Below, one piece after another: positions 50,639 to 60,525 of a DNA stretch of 64,000 bases; position 1 is the first letter of the stretch; each line of letters opens with the position of its first letter. Source of the DNA: an uncultured Aliarcobacter sp. (GTDB lineage Bacteria > Campylobacterota > Campylobacteria > Campylobacterales > Arcobacteraceae); assembly GCA_963677435.1 (NCBI GenBank), contig OY781945.1, forward strand, positions 2,624,001-2,688,000. Reading direction: 5' to 3'. The notes under the pieces were generated by a model that saw only the letters and a list, made by a program, of their open reading frames with translations, was not told the origin of the DNA and ran no database searches. The translations under genes and the position numbers were made by a program.

Positions 50639-51172
50639 TTGATAAAATCTATCAAGATTATTTTTTTAACTAAAAATGAGAGAAATTTGAAAAAAAAATT
50701 ATCACAAAATTTAACACTTTTTTATACTTCTAATTTTCCAAAAAAATTCAATTCTAATTCCAGAAAGAAATATACTGTAACTATTGGAATTGGGGGAAAT
50801 ATTGGAAATACAAAAAAATTATTTGATAAATTAATCTTATCTTTAAATCAAGATTCAAGATTTACTTTACTTAATACTTCACCACTTTTAAGAAATCCTC
50901 CTTTTGGTTATTTAGAGCAAAATGATTTTTTAAATGGTATAATCGCACTTAAAACTAATCTTTGTCCTCAAAGCTTTTTAAAAGCAATGCAAAGATATGA
51001 AAATAAATTCGGAAGAAAGCGATCCTTTCAAGATGCGCCTAGAACCTTGGATATAGATATAATATTTTTTGATAATAAAAAAATAAATACTCAAAATTTA
51101 ATTATTCCTCACAAAAATTGGGCAAATAGAGAGTCAGTGATTATTCCTTTAAAATATATGAATAAATTATAA
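50639..51172 (+). CDS. folK: HPPK (6-hydroxymethyl-7,8-dihydropterin pyrophosphokinase)
   Basis: IGIGGNIG, DFLNG, PRTLDIDI, IPH; true start may be the TTG at 50687. Confidence 0.92.
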   Translation: MIKSIKIIFLTKNERNLKKKLSQNLTLFYTSNFPKKFNSNSRKKYTVTIGIGGNIGNTKKLFDKLILSLNQDSRFTLLNTSPLLRNPPFGYLEQNDFLNGIIALKTNLCPQSFLKAMQRYENKFGRKRSFQDAPRTLDIDIIFFDNKKINTQNLIIPHKNWANRESVIIPLKYMNKL

Positions 51173-51236
51173 AAAAATAAAGAGCATAGAGCTAAAATTT
51201 AGCTGCGGGGATATTCCCTCTTGTTCAATTATTTTT
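51173..51236 (+). ncRNA. Candidate structured RNA (three-way junction) in the mnmA leader
   Basis: Nested complementarity aaaaataa/ttattttt, gagca/tgttc, agctaa/ttagct, ggga/tccc. Confidence 0.4.
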
Positions 51237-51249
51237 AGAAAGGAAAATA

Positions 51250-52347
51250 ATGAAGAAAAAAGTAGTTGTAGGTATGTCTGGGGGTGTTGATTCTTCAGTA
51301 ACTGCTTTACTGTTAAAACAACAAGGCTACGAAGTAGTAGGATTATTCATGCGTAATTGGGAGTATGGAATCAAAGGTAGCCAATGTCCTAATCGTATTG
51401 AATTTGAAGATGCAAAAAAAGTTGGTGAATTAATAGGGATTGAAGTTAAAGGAAAAGACTTCGTTAAAGAATACAGAGATAGAGTTTTTGATGTATTTTT
51501 AGAAGGTTTAAAACAAGGTCTAACACCAAATCCTGATATTTTATGCAACAGAGAAATAAAATTCAACGTATTTTTAAATGAAGCAAAAAGTATGGGTGCA
51601 GATATGATAGCAACTGGACATTATGCAAAAATCGCAAAATACAAAGACCATTTTGTATTAGACACTCCAAAAGATAGTTCAAAAGACCAAAGTTATTTCT
51701 TACACGCATTATCAAGTGAACAATTATCACACGCTATGTTTCCACTTGGAGATTTAACAAAAAAAGAAGTTAGAGAAATAGCAAGAGCGTACAATCTTCC
51801 TGTTAGCGATAAAAAAGATAGTACTGGAATTTGTTTTATTGGTAATCAAAAATTTGATGAATTTATCACTCAACATTTACAAGCAATACCTGGTGATATT
51901 ATTGATGAAAATGGAAAAATTATAGGAAAACATAAAGGTTTAGTTTGTTACACATTAGGTCAAAGAAAAGGTATTGGTCTTGGTGGTATTAAAGGCAATG
52001 AAAGTGAAAATAATACGCATAAACCTTGGTTTGTAGCTCTTAAAGATGTAGCAAATAATACATTAACAATTGTTCAAGATACAAATCATCCACTACTTAT
52101 GAGCAAAACTGTTGAAGCTAGTCATATGCATTGGGTACTAGAAGAGGCACCAAAAGTTGGCGATAAGTTAATGGCACAAGTTAGATACAGACAACAAAAA
52201 CAAGCTTGTACAGTTATTGAAGCAAGTGATGAAAAAGTAGTTGTTGAATTTAATAATGCTCAAAGAGCTGTAACATTAGGACAAAGTCTTGTTTTATATT
52301 CTGGCGATTATTGTCTTGGTGGTGGATTCATTAGTTTCTATAAGTAA
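51250..52347 (+). CDS. mnmA: tRNA 2-thiouridylase, D-type (DxxC)
   Basis: SGGVDS, NPDILCN, ATGHY, KDQSYF, KKDSTGICFIG. Confidence 0.93.
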   Translation: MKKKVVVGMSGGVDSSVTALLLKQQGYEVVGLFMRNWEYGIKGSQCPNRIEFEDAKKVGELIGIEVKGKDFVKEYRDRVFDVFLEGLKQGLTPNPDILCNREIKFNVFLNEAKSMGADMIATGHYAKIAKYKDHFVLDTPKDSSKDQSYFLHALSSEQLSHAMFPLGDLTKKEVREIARAYNLPVSDKKDSTGICFIGNQKFDEFITQHLQAIPGDIIDENGKIIGKHKGLVCYTLGQRKGIGLGGIKGNESENNTHKPWFVALKDVANNTLTIVQDTNHPLLMSKTVEASHMHWVLEEAPKVGDKLMAQVRYRQQKQACTVIEASDEKVVVEFNNAQRAVTLGQSLVLYSGDYCLGGGFISFYK

Positions 52348-52357
52348 GTAGGCAAAA

Positions 52358-53395
52358 ATGAGCAAAAAAAAAGTTATGGTTGGAATGAGTGGTGGAATTG
52401 ATTCTTCAGTTACTGCTTATATGTTACAAAAAAATGGCTATGAAGTTGAAGGAGTTTATCTAAAACTTCATAACAGAACTGATGGTTATCATGAAAAAAA
52501 TTTAGGTTACATTGAAGATGTAGCTAAATTTTTAAATATCAAATACCACATATTAGACTTAGCCGATGAATTTTCAAAAGAAGTTTATGACTATTTTGTT
52601 GATTCTTATTTAGAAGGTACAACTCCAAATCCATGTGTAAAATGTAATCGTCAAATCAAATTTGGTGCTATGCTTGATTTTGCCAAAAAACATGGAGCTA
52701 ATTTCTTAGCAACTGGACACTACGCAAAAACTGACGGTAAATTCTTCTATGAAGCTGATGATAAAACTAAAGATCAAAGTTATTTCTTATCACAAGTTGA
52801 CAAAGAAGCTCTTCCTTTTATGATGTTCCCACTTAGTACTTATAAAAAAGAAGATATTGTAAAATTTGCTGCTCAACTTGATGTTGCATACAAAAAAATT
52901 ACAGAAAAAAGTGAATCTCAAGAGATTTGTTTTGTTGAAACTGTTTATACTGATGTTGTAAAAAGACATGCAAATATTGATATCCCTGGAAATGTTTTAG
53001 ATGAGAAAGGAAATGTTGTTGGTGAGCATAAAGGTTATGCACATTATACAATAGGCAAAAGAAGAGGATTTACAGTAAAAGGTGCTCAAGAGCCACACTT
53101 TGTTACAAAATTAAATCCAAAAGACAATACTATTGTTGTTGGTAAAAAAGAAGCATTAGAAGTAAATGAAGTTATTGCAAAAGACTTAAACATGTTTATT
53201 GATGAAACTCTATTTTCTTGTACTGTTAAATTAAGATATAGAGCAACTTCAACTCAATGTGATGTAAAAATAGAAAATGATAAAGCATATATAACTTTAA
53301 AAGAAGCAGCATTCGGTGTTGCAGCTGGACAGTTAGCTGTATTTTATGATGAACAAAAAGTAATTGGGAGTGCTTGGATTGAGTCTACTAAATAA
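52358..53395 (+). CDS. mnmA: tRNA 2-thiouridylase, C-type (CxxC)
   Basis: SGGIDS, NPCVKCN, ATGHY, KDQSYF, ESQEICF. Confidence 0.93.
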   Translation: MSKKKVMVGMSGGIDSSVTAYMLQKNGYEVEGVYLKLHNRTDGYHEKNLGYIEDVAKFLNIKYHILDLADEFSKEVYDYFVDSYLEGTTPNPCVKCNRQIKFGAMLDFAKKHGANFLATGHYAKTDGKFFYEADDKTKDQSYFLSQVDKEALPFMMFPLSTYKKEDIVKFAAQLDVAYKKITEKSESQEICFVETVYTDVVKRHANIDIPGNVLDEKGNVVGEHKGYAHYTIGKRRGFTVKGAQEPHFVTKLNPKDNTIVVGKKEALEVNEVIAKDLNMFIDETLFSCTVKLRYRATSTQCDVKIENDKAYITLKEAAFGVAAGQLAVFYDEQKVIGSAWIESTK

Positions 53396-53446
53396 ATCTT
53401 ATAGATTTATTTAGTTTTATAATTTAGGAGTTAACTCCTAAATTAT
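53387..53446. terminator. Twin hairpins between convergent mnmA and porin genes
   Basis: actaaataaatct/agatttatttagt (53387-53415) and ataatttaggag/ctcctaaattat (53419-53446). Confidence 0.65.
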
Positions 53447-53453
53447 GTTTGTA

Positions 53454-54563
53454 TTAGAATGTATATTCTACACTTGCTAATACATATTTGTCATCATTGT
53501 ATTCTGTATCAGCAGAATCTTCATCAACATCACCATATAAAACAGCAGCTGTTAAAGACTCAGTAATTGGGTAACTTGCAGTTAAGTTTAACTCTTTTTC
53601 TTTTTTGTCATCAGTGTCATAAGTTGTTACACCATATAATGCACCTAATTCAACATCAAGAACTGTATAACCTAAAGAACCATATACTGTTCTAGCATCT
53701 GGATCATATGTTCTATTTCCTGTATCAAATGGAGAAATATTATCACCACCAGTAGCAATACTTCCAGCTCCAACATCTTTGTCCGTTTTAATATAACCAA
53801 CCGCACCAGAAATTCCAGCTAATGTAGTATTTAATTCAACATGTCCAATTGATCCATCATTTTGAGTATCTTCATTAGATTCAGCATAATGAGCAATTAC
53901 ACCAAAATAATCTGTTGTGAAAGTTGTTTTTAAACCATACCAATCAGCAACATCTGGAGCTGAGTAAAAATATGGGTTTAATTCAATACCTTCTAAACCA
54001 GTATATTTAACATCTGCAACATAAACACCTTTACTTCCATTTAAATTTTCAAAATCAGCACTTGTATCAATTCCTGATTCAGCTTGTTTTTTTGAATATC
54101 CAAGCACAACTGTTGTATCAGGTATTGCAGTTATCGCAGCAACTACAGCTTCATTATAATCACCTAACCATTCAAGATCAATAGCTTGTCTACCAGCAGT
54201 TAATGAGAAGCCATCCATTGCATATTTAATGTAAGCTTCTGTCATTAAAGAATTATTTGCATATGCATTATCGTGATCATCATTCTCAACTTCACCAAGA
54301 TAAAGATTACCTTTAAACTCAGCTTTTGCACTTAAACCATAAAAAGAACCTGTTTCAAATGCTACAGTTGCATTTCCATTTCCAAATCCTGAATCGGCAG
54401 CACCTTTATAATCATGTTTTTCACCATATAAAGCCAAACTACCAGAAACTTTCCCTTCTTTAAACGCTGAATCAATTGAATCAGCAGCAAATGCCATAGA
54501 TGAACTTAACACTAATCCGCACACTACTAAACTAATTTTGTTACCTGATAAAAGGTTTCTCAT
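53454..54563 (-). CDS. Outer-membrane porin (Campylobacterota Opr/MOMP-like)
   Basis: Signal peptide, SAFKEGKVSG, AGRQAIDLEW, amphipathic beta strands, terminal VEYTF. Confidence 0.8.
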   Translation of the reverse strand: MRNLLSGNKISLVVCGLVLSSSMAFAADSIDSAFKEGKVSGSLALYGEKHDYKGAADSGFGNGNATVAFETGSFYGLSAKAEFKGNLYLGEVENDDHDNAYANNSLMTEAYIKYAMDGFSLTAGRQAIDLEWLGDYNEAVVAAITAIPDTTVVLGYSKKQAESGIDTSADFENLNGSKGVYVADVKYTGLEGIELNPYFYSAPDVADWYGLKTTFTTDYFGVIAHYAESNEDTQNDGSIGHVELNTTLAGISGAVGYIKTDKDVGAGSIATGGDNISPFDTGNRTYDPDARTVYGSLGYTVLDVELGALYGVTTYDTDDKKEKELNLTASYPITESLTAAVLYGDVDEDSADTEYNDDKYVLASVEYTF

Positions 54564-54724
54564 TTTTTTTCCTTGTAATAAAATATATATATTGAATAAC
54601 TATCGTCGCGTAAATAGTTTTACATTTTAGGAGAACATTGAAATTATAACATCAACCCAAATTAAAATAAACAACTACTTTGTATATAAAATACACAAAT
54701 TAACTAAGCACAATTTTATCTATT

Positions 54725-54743
54725 CATAATAATAACCATTATC
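54725..54743. promoter_or_regulatory. Candidate Fur/PerR box
   Basis: Minus strand GATAATGGTTATTATTATG matches 15/19 of GATAATGATAATCATTATC. Confidence 0.4.
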
Positions 54744-54835
54744 ATAATAAATATTAACTTAATTATTTATTAACTTAATATTCATTAAGTACACTTTAGA
54801 TAAAATTCGAAATCAAACAAATGTAAGGAATTTTT

Positions 54836-55768
54836 ATGTCAACATTTAAACTTTTTAGTGGTTCAGCTAATCCTGAATTTGCAACAAAAGTATCAGAGTA
54901 TTTAGGTATGAATGTATCAAATGCAACGCTAAATAAATTCAGTGATGGTGAAATGTCTGTTCAAATCACAGAAAGTGTAAGGGGACAAGATGTTTTCATT
55001 ATTCAACCAACTTGTGCTCCAACTAATGATAATTTAATGGAATTATTGATAATGGTAGATGCTCTTAAAAGATCAAGTGCTAAATCTATTTCTGCTGTTA
55101 TTCCATATTATGGATATGCAAGACAAGATAGAAAAGCAGCGCCTAGAGTTCCAATTACTGCAAAATTAGTTGCAGATATTTTAGAAAAAGCTGGTATTTC
55201 AAGAGTTGTAACTATAGATTTACATGCTGCACAAATTCAAGGATTTTTCAATATTCCTGCTGATAACTTATTTGGTTCAATTTTATTTGTTAATTATATC
55301 AAATCAAAGAATTTGAAAAACCCAATCATTGCAAGTCCAGATATTGGTGGAGTAGCGCGTGCAAGATCATATGCTGATAAATTAGGTTATGATTTAGTTA
55401 TTGTTGATAAAAAAAGAGAAAAAGCAAATGTTGCTGAAGTTATGAATATCATTGGTGAAGTAAAGGGTAAAGATGTTATCCTAGTTGACGACATGGTAGA
55501 TACTGCAGGAACTCTTGTAAAAGCAGCTGAAGTATTAAAGAAAAAAGGCGCAAATTCTGTTATGGCATGTTGTACACATGGTGTGTTAAGTGGTCCAGCT
55601 TATGAAAGAATTGAAAAAGGTGAACTAGATGAATTAGTTATCTCTGACACAATTCCTACACGAAAAAATGCTAAAAAGATAACTGTATTAACAGCTTCTA
55701 CAATGATTGGTGAAGCAATTAGAAGAATCCACAATAATGAGTCTGTTAATTCAATTTTTACAGCTTGA
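54836..55768 (+). CDS. prs: Ribose-phosphate pyrophosphokinase
   Basis: FSDGE, PYYGYARQDRK, DLHAAQIQGFF, VDDMVDTAGT. Confidence 0.97.
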   Translation: MSTFKLFSGSANPEFATKVSEYLGMNVSNATLNKFSDGEMSVQITESVRGQDVFIIQPTCAPTNDNLMELLIMVDALKRSSAKSISAVIPYYGYARQDRKAAPRVPITAKLVADILEKAGISRVVTIDLHAAQIQGFFNIPADNLFGSILFVNYIKSKNLKNPIIASPDIGGVARARSYADKLGYDLVIVDKKREKANVAEVMNIIGEVKGKDVILVDDMVDTAGTLVKAAEVLKKKGANSVMACCTHGVLSGPAYERIEKGELDELVISDTIPTRKNAKKITVLTASTMIGEAIRRIHNNESVNSIFTA

Positions 55769-55826
55769 TGCAAAAATTAAAAAATTAGATATAATTCCCA
55801 GAATTATTTAGGTAAAAGGAAAAACA

Positions 55827-56843
55827 ATGAAAAAAATTTTATTATCGACTGTTGCTTGTGCAACAATGATGTTAGCTGCAAACTCTAATTATAAATATGA
55901 AATCACACCAACTTTTGGTGGAGCATATACTGAAGGTAACTTAGGGTTAGATAGAAACTATGCAAATGGTGGATTAAGTTTAGGATTTAACCAATTCGAT
56001 TCTTACATAGATCAAGTTGAACTTGGGTTTTTAAGAACTCTTGATGATGTAAAATACGAAGGTGGAAATTCTAAAACTGGAATTACAAGAGTATTTACAA
56101 ATGCAATTAAAGAATATGCTGTAACTTCTGATTTCTCATTATATACATTAATTGGTGCTGGTGTTGAAATTTTCGATAATGAAGCTAATGGAAATCAAGA
56201 TGGTCTTTTTGGTAACTATGGTGCTGGTCTAAAATATAAACTTGCAGACGAAGTTTCATTAAAATTCGATGTTAGACATTTAATTGAAGTTGATCATGGT
56301 GATAACACTTTATTATATAATGTTGGTCTTTCTATTCCTTTTGGAGAAGTTGCTAAACCAGCTCCAGTTGTTGAAAAAGCAGCTCCTGTTGCAGTTGCAG
56401 CTCCTGTTGAAACTCCAAAAGATTCTGATGGTGACGGTGTTATCGATTCATTAGATGAGTGTCCAAATACTATGGCAAAATCAAAAGTTGACTCTGTTGG
56501 ATGTATGACTTTAGTTAACTTAAACATTAACTTTGATACTAATTCATCAGTTATTAAAAATTCTTACAATACAAGAATTGTAGAATTTGCAAATATGATG
56601 AAAGCTAATCCAAAATTAAAAGCAACAATTGAAGCACATACAGATTCTGTTGGTTCAGATGCTTATAATCAAAAATTATCAGAAAGAAGAGCTGCTTCTA
56701 CTGTTGAAGCTTTAAAATTACTTAAAGTTGATGCTTCTAAAATCACTTCTATAGGTTATGGTGAAACTAAACCAGTTGCATCAAATGAAACTGCTGAAGG
56801 TAGAGCTGAAAATAGAAGAGTTGAAGCTGTAATGAGCAAATAA
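55827..56843 (+). CDS. cadF: OmpA-family outer-membrane protein, CadF-like (copy 1)
   Basis: Signal peptide, beta-barrel, Pro/Ala linker, DSDGDGVIDSLDEC, OmpA domain (HTDSVG, NRRVE). Confidence 0.75.
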   Translation: MKKILLSTVACATMMLAANSNYKYEITPTFGGAYTEGNLGLDRNYANGGLSLGFNQFDSYIDQVELGFLRTLDDVKYEGGNSKTGITRVFTNAIKEYAVTSDFSLYTLIGAGVEIFDNEANGNQDGLFGNYGAGLKYKLADEVSLKFDVRHLIEVDHGDNTLLYNVGLSIPFGEVAKPAPVVEKAAPVAVAAPVETPKDSDGDGVIDSLDECPNTMAKSKVDSVGCMTLVNLNINFDTNSSVIKNSYNTRIVEFANMMKANPKLKATIEAHTDSVGSDAYNQKLSERRAASTVEALKLLKVDASKITSIGYGETKPVASNETAEGRAENRRVEAVMSK

Positions 56844-56862
56844 TTCTAAATTATTTTAGAAT

Positions 56863-56898
56863 AAAAGGGGATTGAGTGTTACTCAATCCCCTTTTTTT
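56863..56898 (+). terminator. Rho-independent terminator
   Basis: aaaaggggattgagt-gtt-actcaatcccc followed by T7. Confidence 0.85.
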
Positions 56899-56983
56899 AT
56901 TATTAATAATATTAAAATTATTTTTTAATAAATTTAATTGTTTTTTTAGTTATAATAAATAAAATTATTATTAAGGAAAAATA

Positions 56984-58045
56984 ATGAAAAGATCTCTTCT
57001 AATTTCAATTTTATCTATCTCTATAACCTTTGCATCTAGTAATCCAAGTAAAGAGTATAGTTATGAACTTACCCCTTTTGTTTCAGGGATTTTAACTGAT
57101 AGTAAAGCAGGGTTAGATGATGATAACTATTTTAATGGAGGTATTTCACTTGGTAAAAATCTTGAGAATTCGTTTATCAATCAAATAGAAGTTGCTTATT
57201 TAAGAAGTGACAAGCTTAAATATAAAAACTCACAAGGAAATACACATATAAATAGAATGTTTTTAAATGGCGTAAAAATATTTCCTCTAAATGAAAAATT
57301 ATCAGCCTATGCCTTAACAGGGTTAGGTTATCAAAATGTTACAAAAGAAGTTTTTGATAATGAAGATTCAGTATTTCTAAATTATGGAGCAGGATTAAGA
57401 TATGATATTCCATATTATGGTATTTCAATAAAGGGAGATGTTAGACATTTACTTGCTGTTAAAAATACGCAAAATGATCTGATCTATACGATAGGTTTAG
57501 CTATGCCTTTAGGTAAAAAATATAGTGATGATATTGCCCCGATAGTTCCTATTATTCAAGAAGAAAAGATGGAAGAAATACAAGCTATTCAAATTGAGAA
57601 AAAAACTATACCTGTGACGCAAGATGATGATAATGATGGGGTAGCTAATAACTTAGATAGATGTCCTAATACATCTTTAGGGGTAAAAGTAAATGCAGTT
57701 GGATGTGTAGATACGATTAATTTGAATATAAACTTCGATAATAATTCTACAGAAATTAAAAATATCTATAAAAATAAACTGCAATCATTCGCAAATATTT
57801 TACAAAAAAATAAAAATTTAACTGCTGTCATTGAAGCCCATACTGATTCAAAAGGAACTGATTCATATAATCAAACTTTATCAAATAGAAGAGCTATTTC
57901 TGTCGTTAACGCATTAAAAACATTTAATATTGATTCAAATAGACTAAAAGCAGTTGGATATGGAGAAACACAACCAATTGCTACAAATGATACACCTGAA
58001 GGAAAAGCTAAAAATAGAAGAGTTACTGCTTTAATTAATCAATAA
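56984..58045 (+). CDS. OmpA-family outer-membrane protein, CadF-like (copy 2)
   Basis: Same architecture: YELTP, NYGAG, DDDNDGV, HTDSKG, NRRV. Confidence 0.85.
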   Translation: MKRSLLISILSISITFASSNPSKEYSYELTPFVSGILTDSKAGLDDDNYFNGGISLGKNLENSFINQIEVAYLRSDKLKYKNSQGNTHINRMFLNGVKIFPLNEKLSAYALTGLGYQNVTKEVFDNEDSVFLNYGAGLRYDIPYYGISIKGDVRHLLAVKNTQNDLIYTIGLAMPLGKKYSDDIAPIVPIIQEEKMEEIQAIQIEKKTIPVTQDDDNDGVANNLDRCPNTSLGVKVNAVGCVDTINLNINFDNNSTEIKNIYKNKLQSFANILQKNKNLTAVIEAHTDSKGTDSYNQTLSNRRAISVVNALKTFNIDSNRLKAVGYGETQPIATNDTPEGKAKNRRVTALINQ

Positions 58046-58082
58046 AAAAAAAGATTTAAGTTTTTCCTTAAATCCTTTTTTT
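58046..58082 (+). terminator. Rho-independent terminator
   Basis: gatttaag-N6-cttaaatc followed by a T-run. Confidence 0.6.
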
Positions 58083-58183
58083 ACTAAAATCTGCTTTTAA
58101 ATCATTTAACTATAAACTTACTAAACTTTAGATACAATCGCGATATAATAAATAAAACAATAAACAACTTATAGGAATTACCC

Positions 58184-59971
58184 TTGCAAAAAAATATTAG
58201 AAACTTTAGTATTATTGCTCATATTGACCATGGAAAATCTACACTTGCAGATAGAATAATCCAAGAGTGTGGAGCTGTAGCAGATAGAGATTTAACTGCA
58301 CAAATGATGGATACAATGGATATTGAACAAGAAAGAGGGATTACAATTAAGGCTCAAAGTGTAAGGCTTAATTATGTAAAAGATGGACAGCCATATATTC
58401 TAAACTTAATTGATACTCCAGGACATGTTGACTTCTCTTATGAAGTAAGTCGTTCACTGGCTTCTTCTGATGGTGCATTATTAATTATTGATGCAACTCA
58501 AGGTGTTGAAGCACAAACAATCGCAAATGTTTATATTGCAATGGAAAATGATTTAGAGATTCTGCCTGTTGTAAATAAAATCGATTTACCAAGTGCAGAT
58601 CCAGATAGAGTTCTAGAAGAAGTTGAAGAAGCTATTGGAATTGATTGTACAGAAAGCAATTTAATTAGTGCAAAAACTGGTCAAGGAGTAAAAGCTTTAA
58701 TTGATGCCATTGTTGATAGAGTTCCTTCGCCAGTTGGTGATACAAATGCTCCAACAAAAGCTTTAATTTATGACTCATGGTTTGATAATTATTTAGGAGC
58801 TTTAGCACTTGTTAGAGTTTATGATGGAAGTATCAAAAAGGGTCAAATGCTTAGAATGATGAATACAAAAGAGGAACATCAAGTTCTTAATTTAATGTAT
58901 CCACATCCAAGAAAACCAACAAAAACTAATGTTATTGAAACTGGTGAAATTGGAATTGTTGTTTTAGGTTTAAAAACTGTAAATAGTATTGCAGTTGGTG
59001 ATACAATGACTGATGCAAAAAATCCAACAGCGGAAGTTATTGATGGGTTTGAACCTGCAAAACCATTCGTATTTGCAGGTATTTATCCAATTGAAACAGA
59101 TAAATTTGAAGATTTAAGAGATGCATTAAATAAATTACAATTAAATGATAGTTCAATCTCATTTGAACCAGAAAGCTCAGCAGCTTTAGGAAGTGGATTT
59201 AGAACAGGATTCTTAGGAATGCTTCATATGGAAGTAATCAAAGAGAGACTTGAAAGAGAGTTTGACTTAGATTTAATAGCAACTGCACCAACAGTTATTT
59301 ATGAAATCTTAAAAACAGATGGTACAAGAATCACTATCCAAAATCCAAGTGAATTACCAGCACCAAACTACATAGACACTATTTTTGAACCTTATGTAAA
59401 AGCTACAATTTTAGTACCTGATGAGTTCTTAGGAAATGTTATAAAACTTTTAAATGACAAAAGAGCTTCTCAAAATAAGATGGATTACATCGGTAAAAGA
59501 GTTTTACTTGATTATGATATTCCAATGAATGAAATCGTAATGGACTTTTATGATAAATTAAAATCAACGACAAAAGGTTATGCATCTTTTGATTATGAAC
59601 CAATTGGATTTAGACCAGGTGTTTTACAAAAACTAGATATTAAAGTTGCAGGGGAAGTTGTTGATGCACTTTCAATCATCGTACCTGAAAATAAAGCACT
59701 TTCAAAAGGTAGAGAATTTATCAAAGCCTTAAAAGAGTTAATCCCAAGACAACTTTTTGAAGTAGCAATTCAAGCAAGTATTGGAAATAATGTAATTGCC
59801 AGAGAAACTGTAAAATCAACAGGTAAAAATGTAACAGCAAAATGTTATGGTGGAGATATTACAAGAAAAAGAAAACTACTAGAAAAACAAAAAGCAGGTA
59901 AAAAAAGAATGAAAGCCATAGGAAAGGTGAATGTACCACAAGAAGCATTCATGGCAGTTTTAAAAATATAA
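58184..59971 (+). CDS. lepA: Elongation factor 4
   Basis: [43 protein letters not shown]. Confidence 0.98.
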   Translation: MQKNIRNFSIIAHIDHGKSTLADRIIQECGAVADRDLTAQMMDTMDIEQERGITIKAQSVRLNYVKDGQPYILNLIDTPGHVDFSYEVSRSLASSDGALLIIDATQGVEAQTIANVYIAMENDLEILPVVNKIDLPSADPDRVLEEVEEAIGIDCTESNLISAKTGQGVKALIDAIVDRVPSPVGDTNAPTKALIYDSWFDNYLGALALVRVYDGSIKKGQMLRMMNTKEEHQVLNLMYPHPRKPTKTNVIETGEIGIVVLGLKTVNSIAVGDTMTDAKNPTAEVIDGFEPAKPFVFAGIYPIETDKFEDLRDALNKLQLNDSSISFEPESSAALGSGFRTGFLGMLHMEVIKERLEREFDLDLIATAPTVIYEILKTDGTRITIQNPSELPAPNYIDTIFEPYVKATILVPDEFLGNVIKLLNDKRASQNKMDYIGKRVLLDYDIPMNEIVMDFYDKLKSTTKGYASFDYEPIGFRPGVLQKLDIKVAGEVVDALSIIVPENKALSKGREFIKALKELIPRQLFEVAIQASIGNNVIARETVKSTGKNVTAKCYGGDITRKRKLLEKQKAGKKRMKAIGKVNVPQEAFMAVLKI

Positions 59972-60101
59972 TTTCATCTTTTGGCAAATTTCTGCGTCAA
60001 ATCAATAATTTAAATGCTCACGTACTTATAGTACGCTGCGCTTTAAATTCCCTCTTTTCCTTGAACTTCACTCAAAATCTAAAACTCTATTTTCAAAACT
60101 G
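59955..60101. repeat. Palindromic element with GCTCACGTAC-N5-GTACGCTGCGC core
   Basis: Nested inverted repeats: cgtact/agtacg, aatttaaa/tttaaatt, cagttttaaaaata/tattttcaaaactg. Confidence 0.55.
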
Positions 60102-60237
60102 TACAACTATTCTTAAAATTCTAAATTTTAACTATTTAATATAAATTTTACCATTAGGATATGTAACTTTATAAATGACTCTTTTCAATATAATGACTTT
60201 TTTATTATAGTAAAATGTTTATTGAAAATAGAATAGT

Positions 60238-60475
60238 TTTCAGCAAAAAATGTGAGCATTTTCAAAATAGCGTAAAGAAAAATCTATCTAAATTCGTAAA
60301 GAAATTTGAACTGTTTGAGGTGGAGATACGGAACCGAGTTTTCTCAAAGAGAGTACAAGCACAGCAAATTTTAGAATTTAGATATATTTTTTAGCTATTT
60401 TGAATCCCTGCGAACGCTTTTGTCTGAAAGCAAGATTAACATCTTTTATTTCTTTTCTTTACTAAAAAGAAAAGG
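60238..60475. repeat. Long imperfect hairpin element (MITE-like or structured RNA)
   Basis: ttcaaaatagc/gctattttgaa, tatctaaattc/gaatttagata, aaatttg/caaattt, plus terminal cttttcttt/aaagaaaag hairpin. Confidence 0.55.
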
Positions 60476-60525
60476 AAAAAGCATCACTACAAAGAAATCT
60501 TTAAAGTAATCTCAATTCAAAAAAT

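Noticed and set aside
50687..50698. A9 tract at the folK start as a phase-variation site
   Set aside because: Poly-A runs are common in this AT-rich DNA, the frame is intact, and no long poly-G/C tracts were seen.
60220..60243. TTGAAAA-N8-TTTTCA as possible difH
   Set aside because: Spacer is 8 bp rather than 6; better explained as part of local hairpins.
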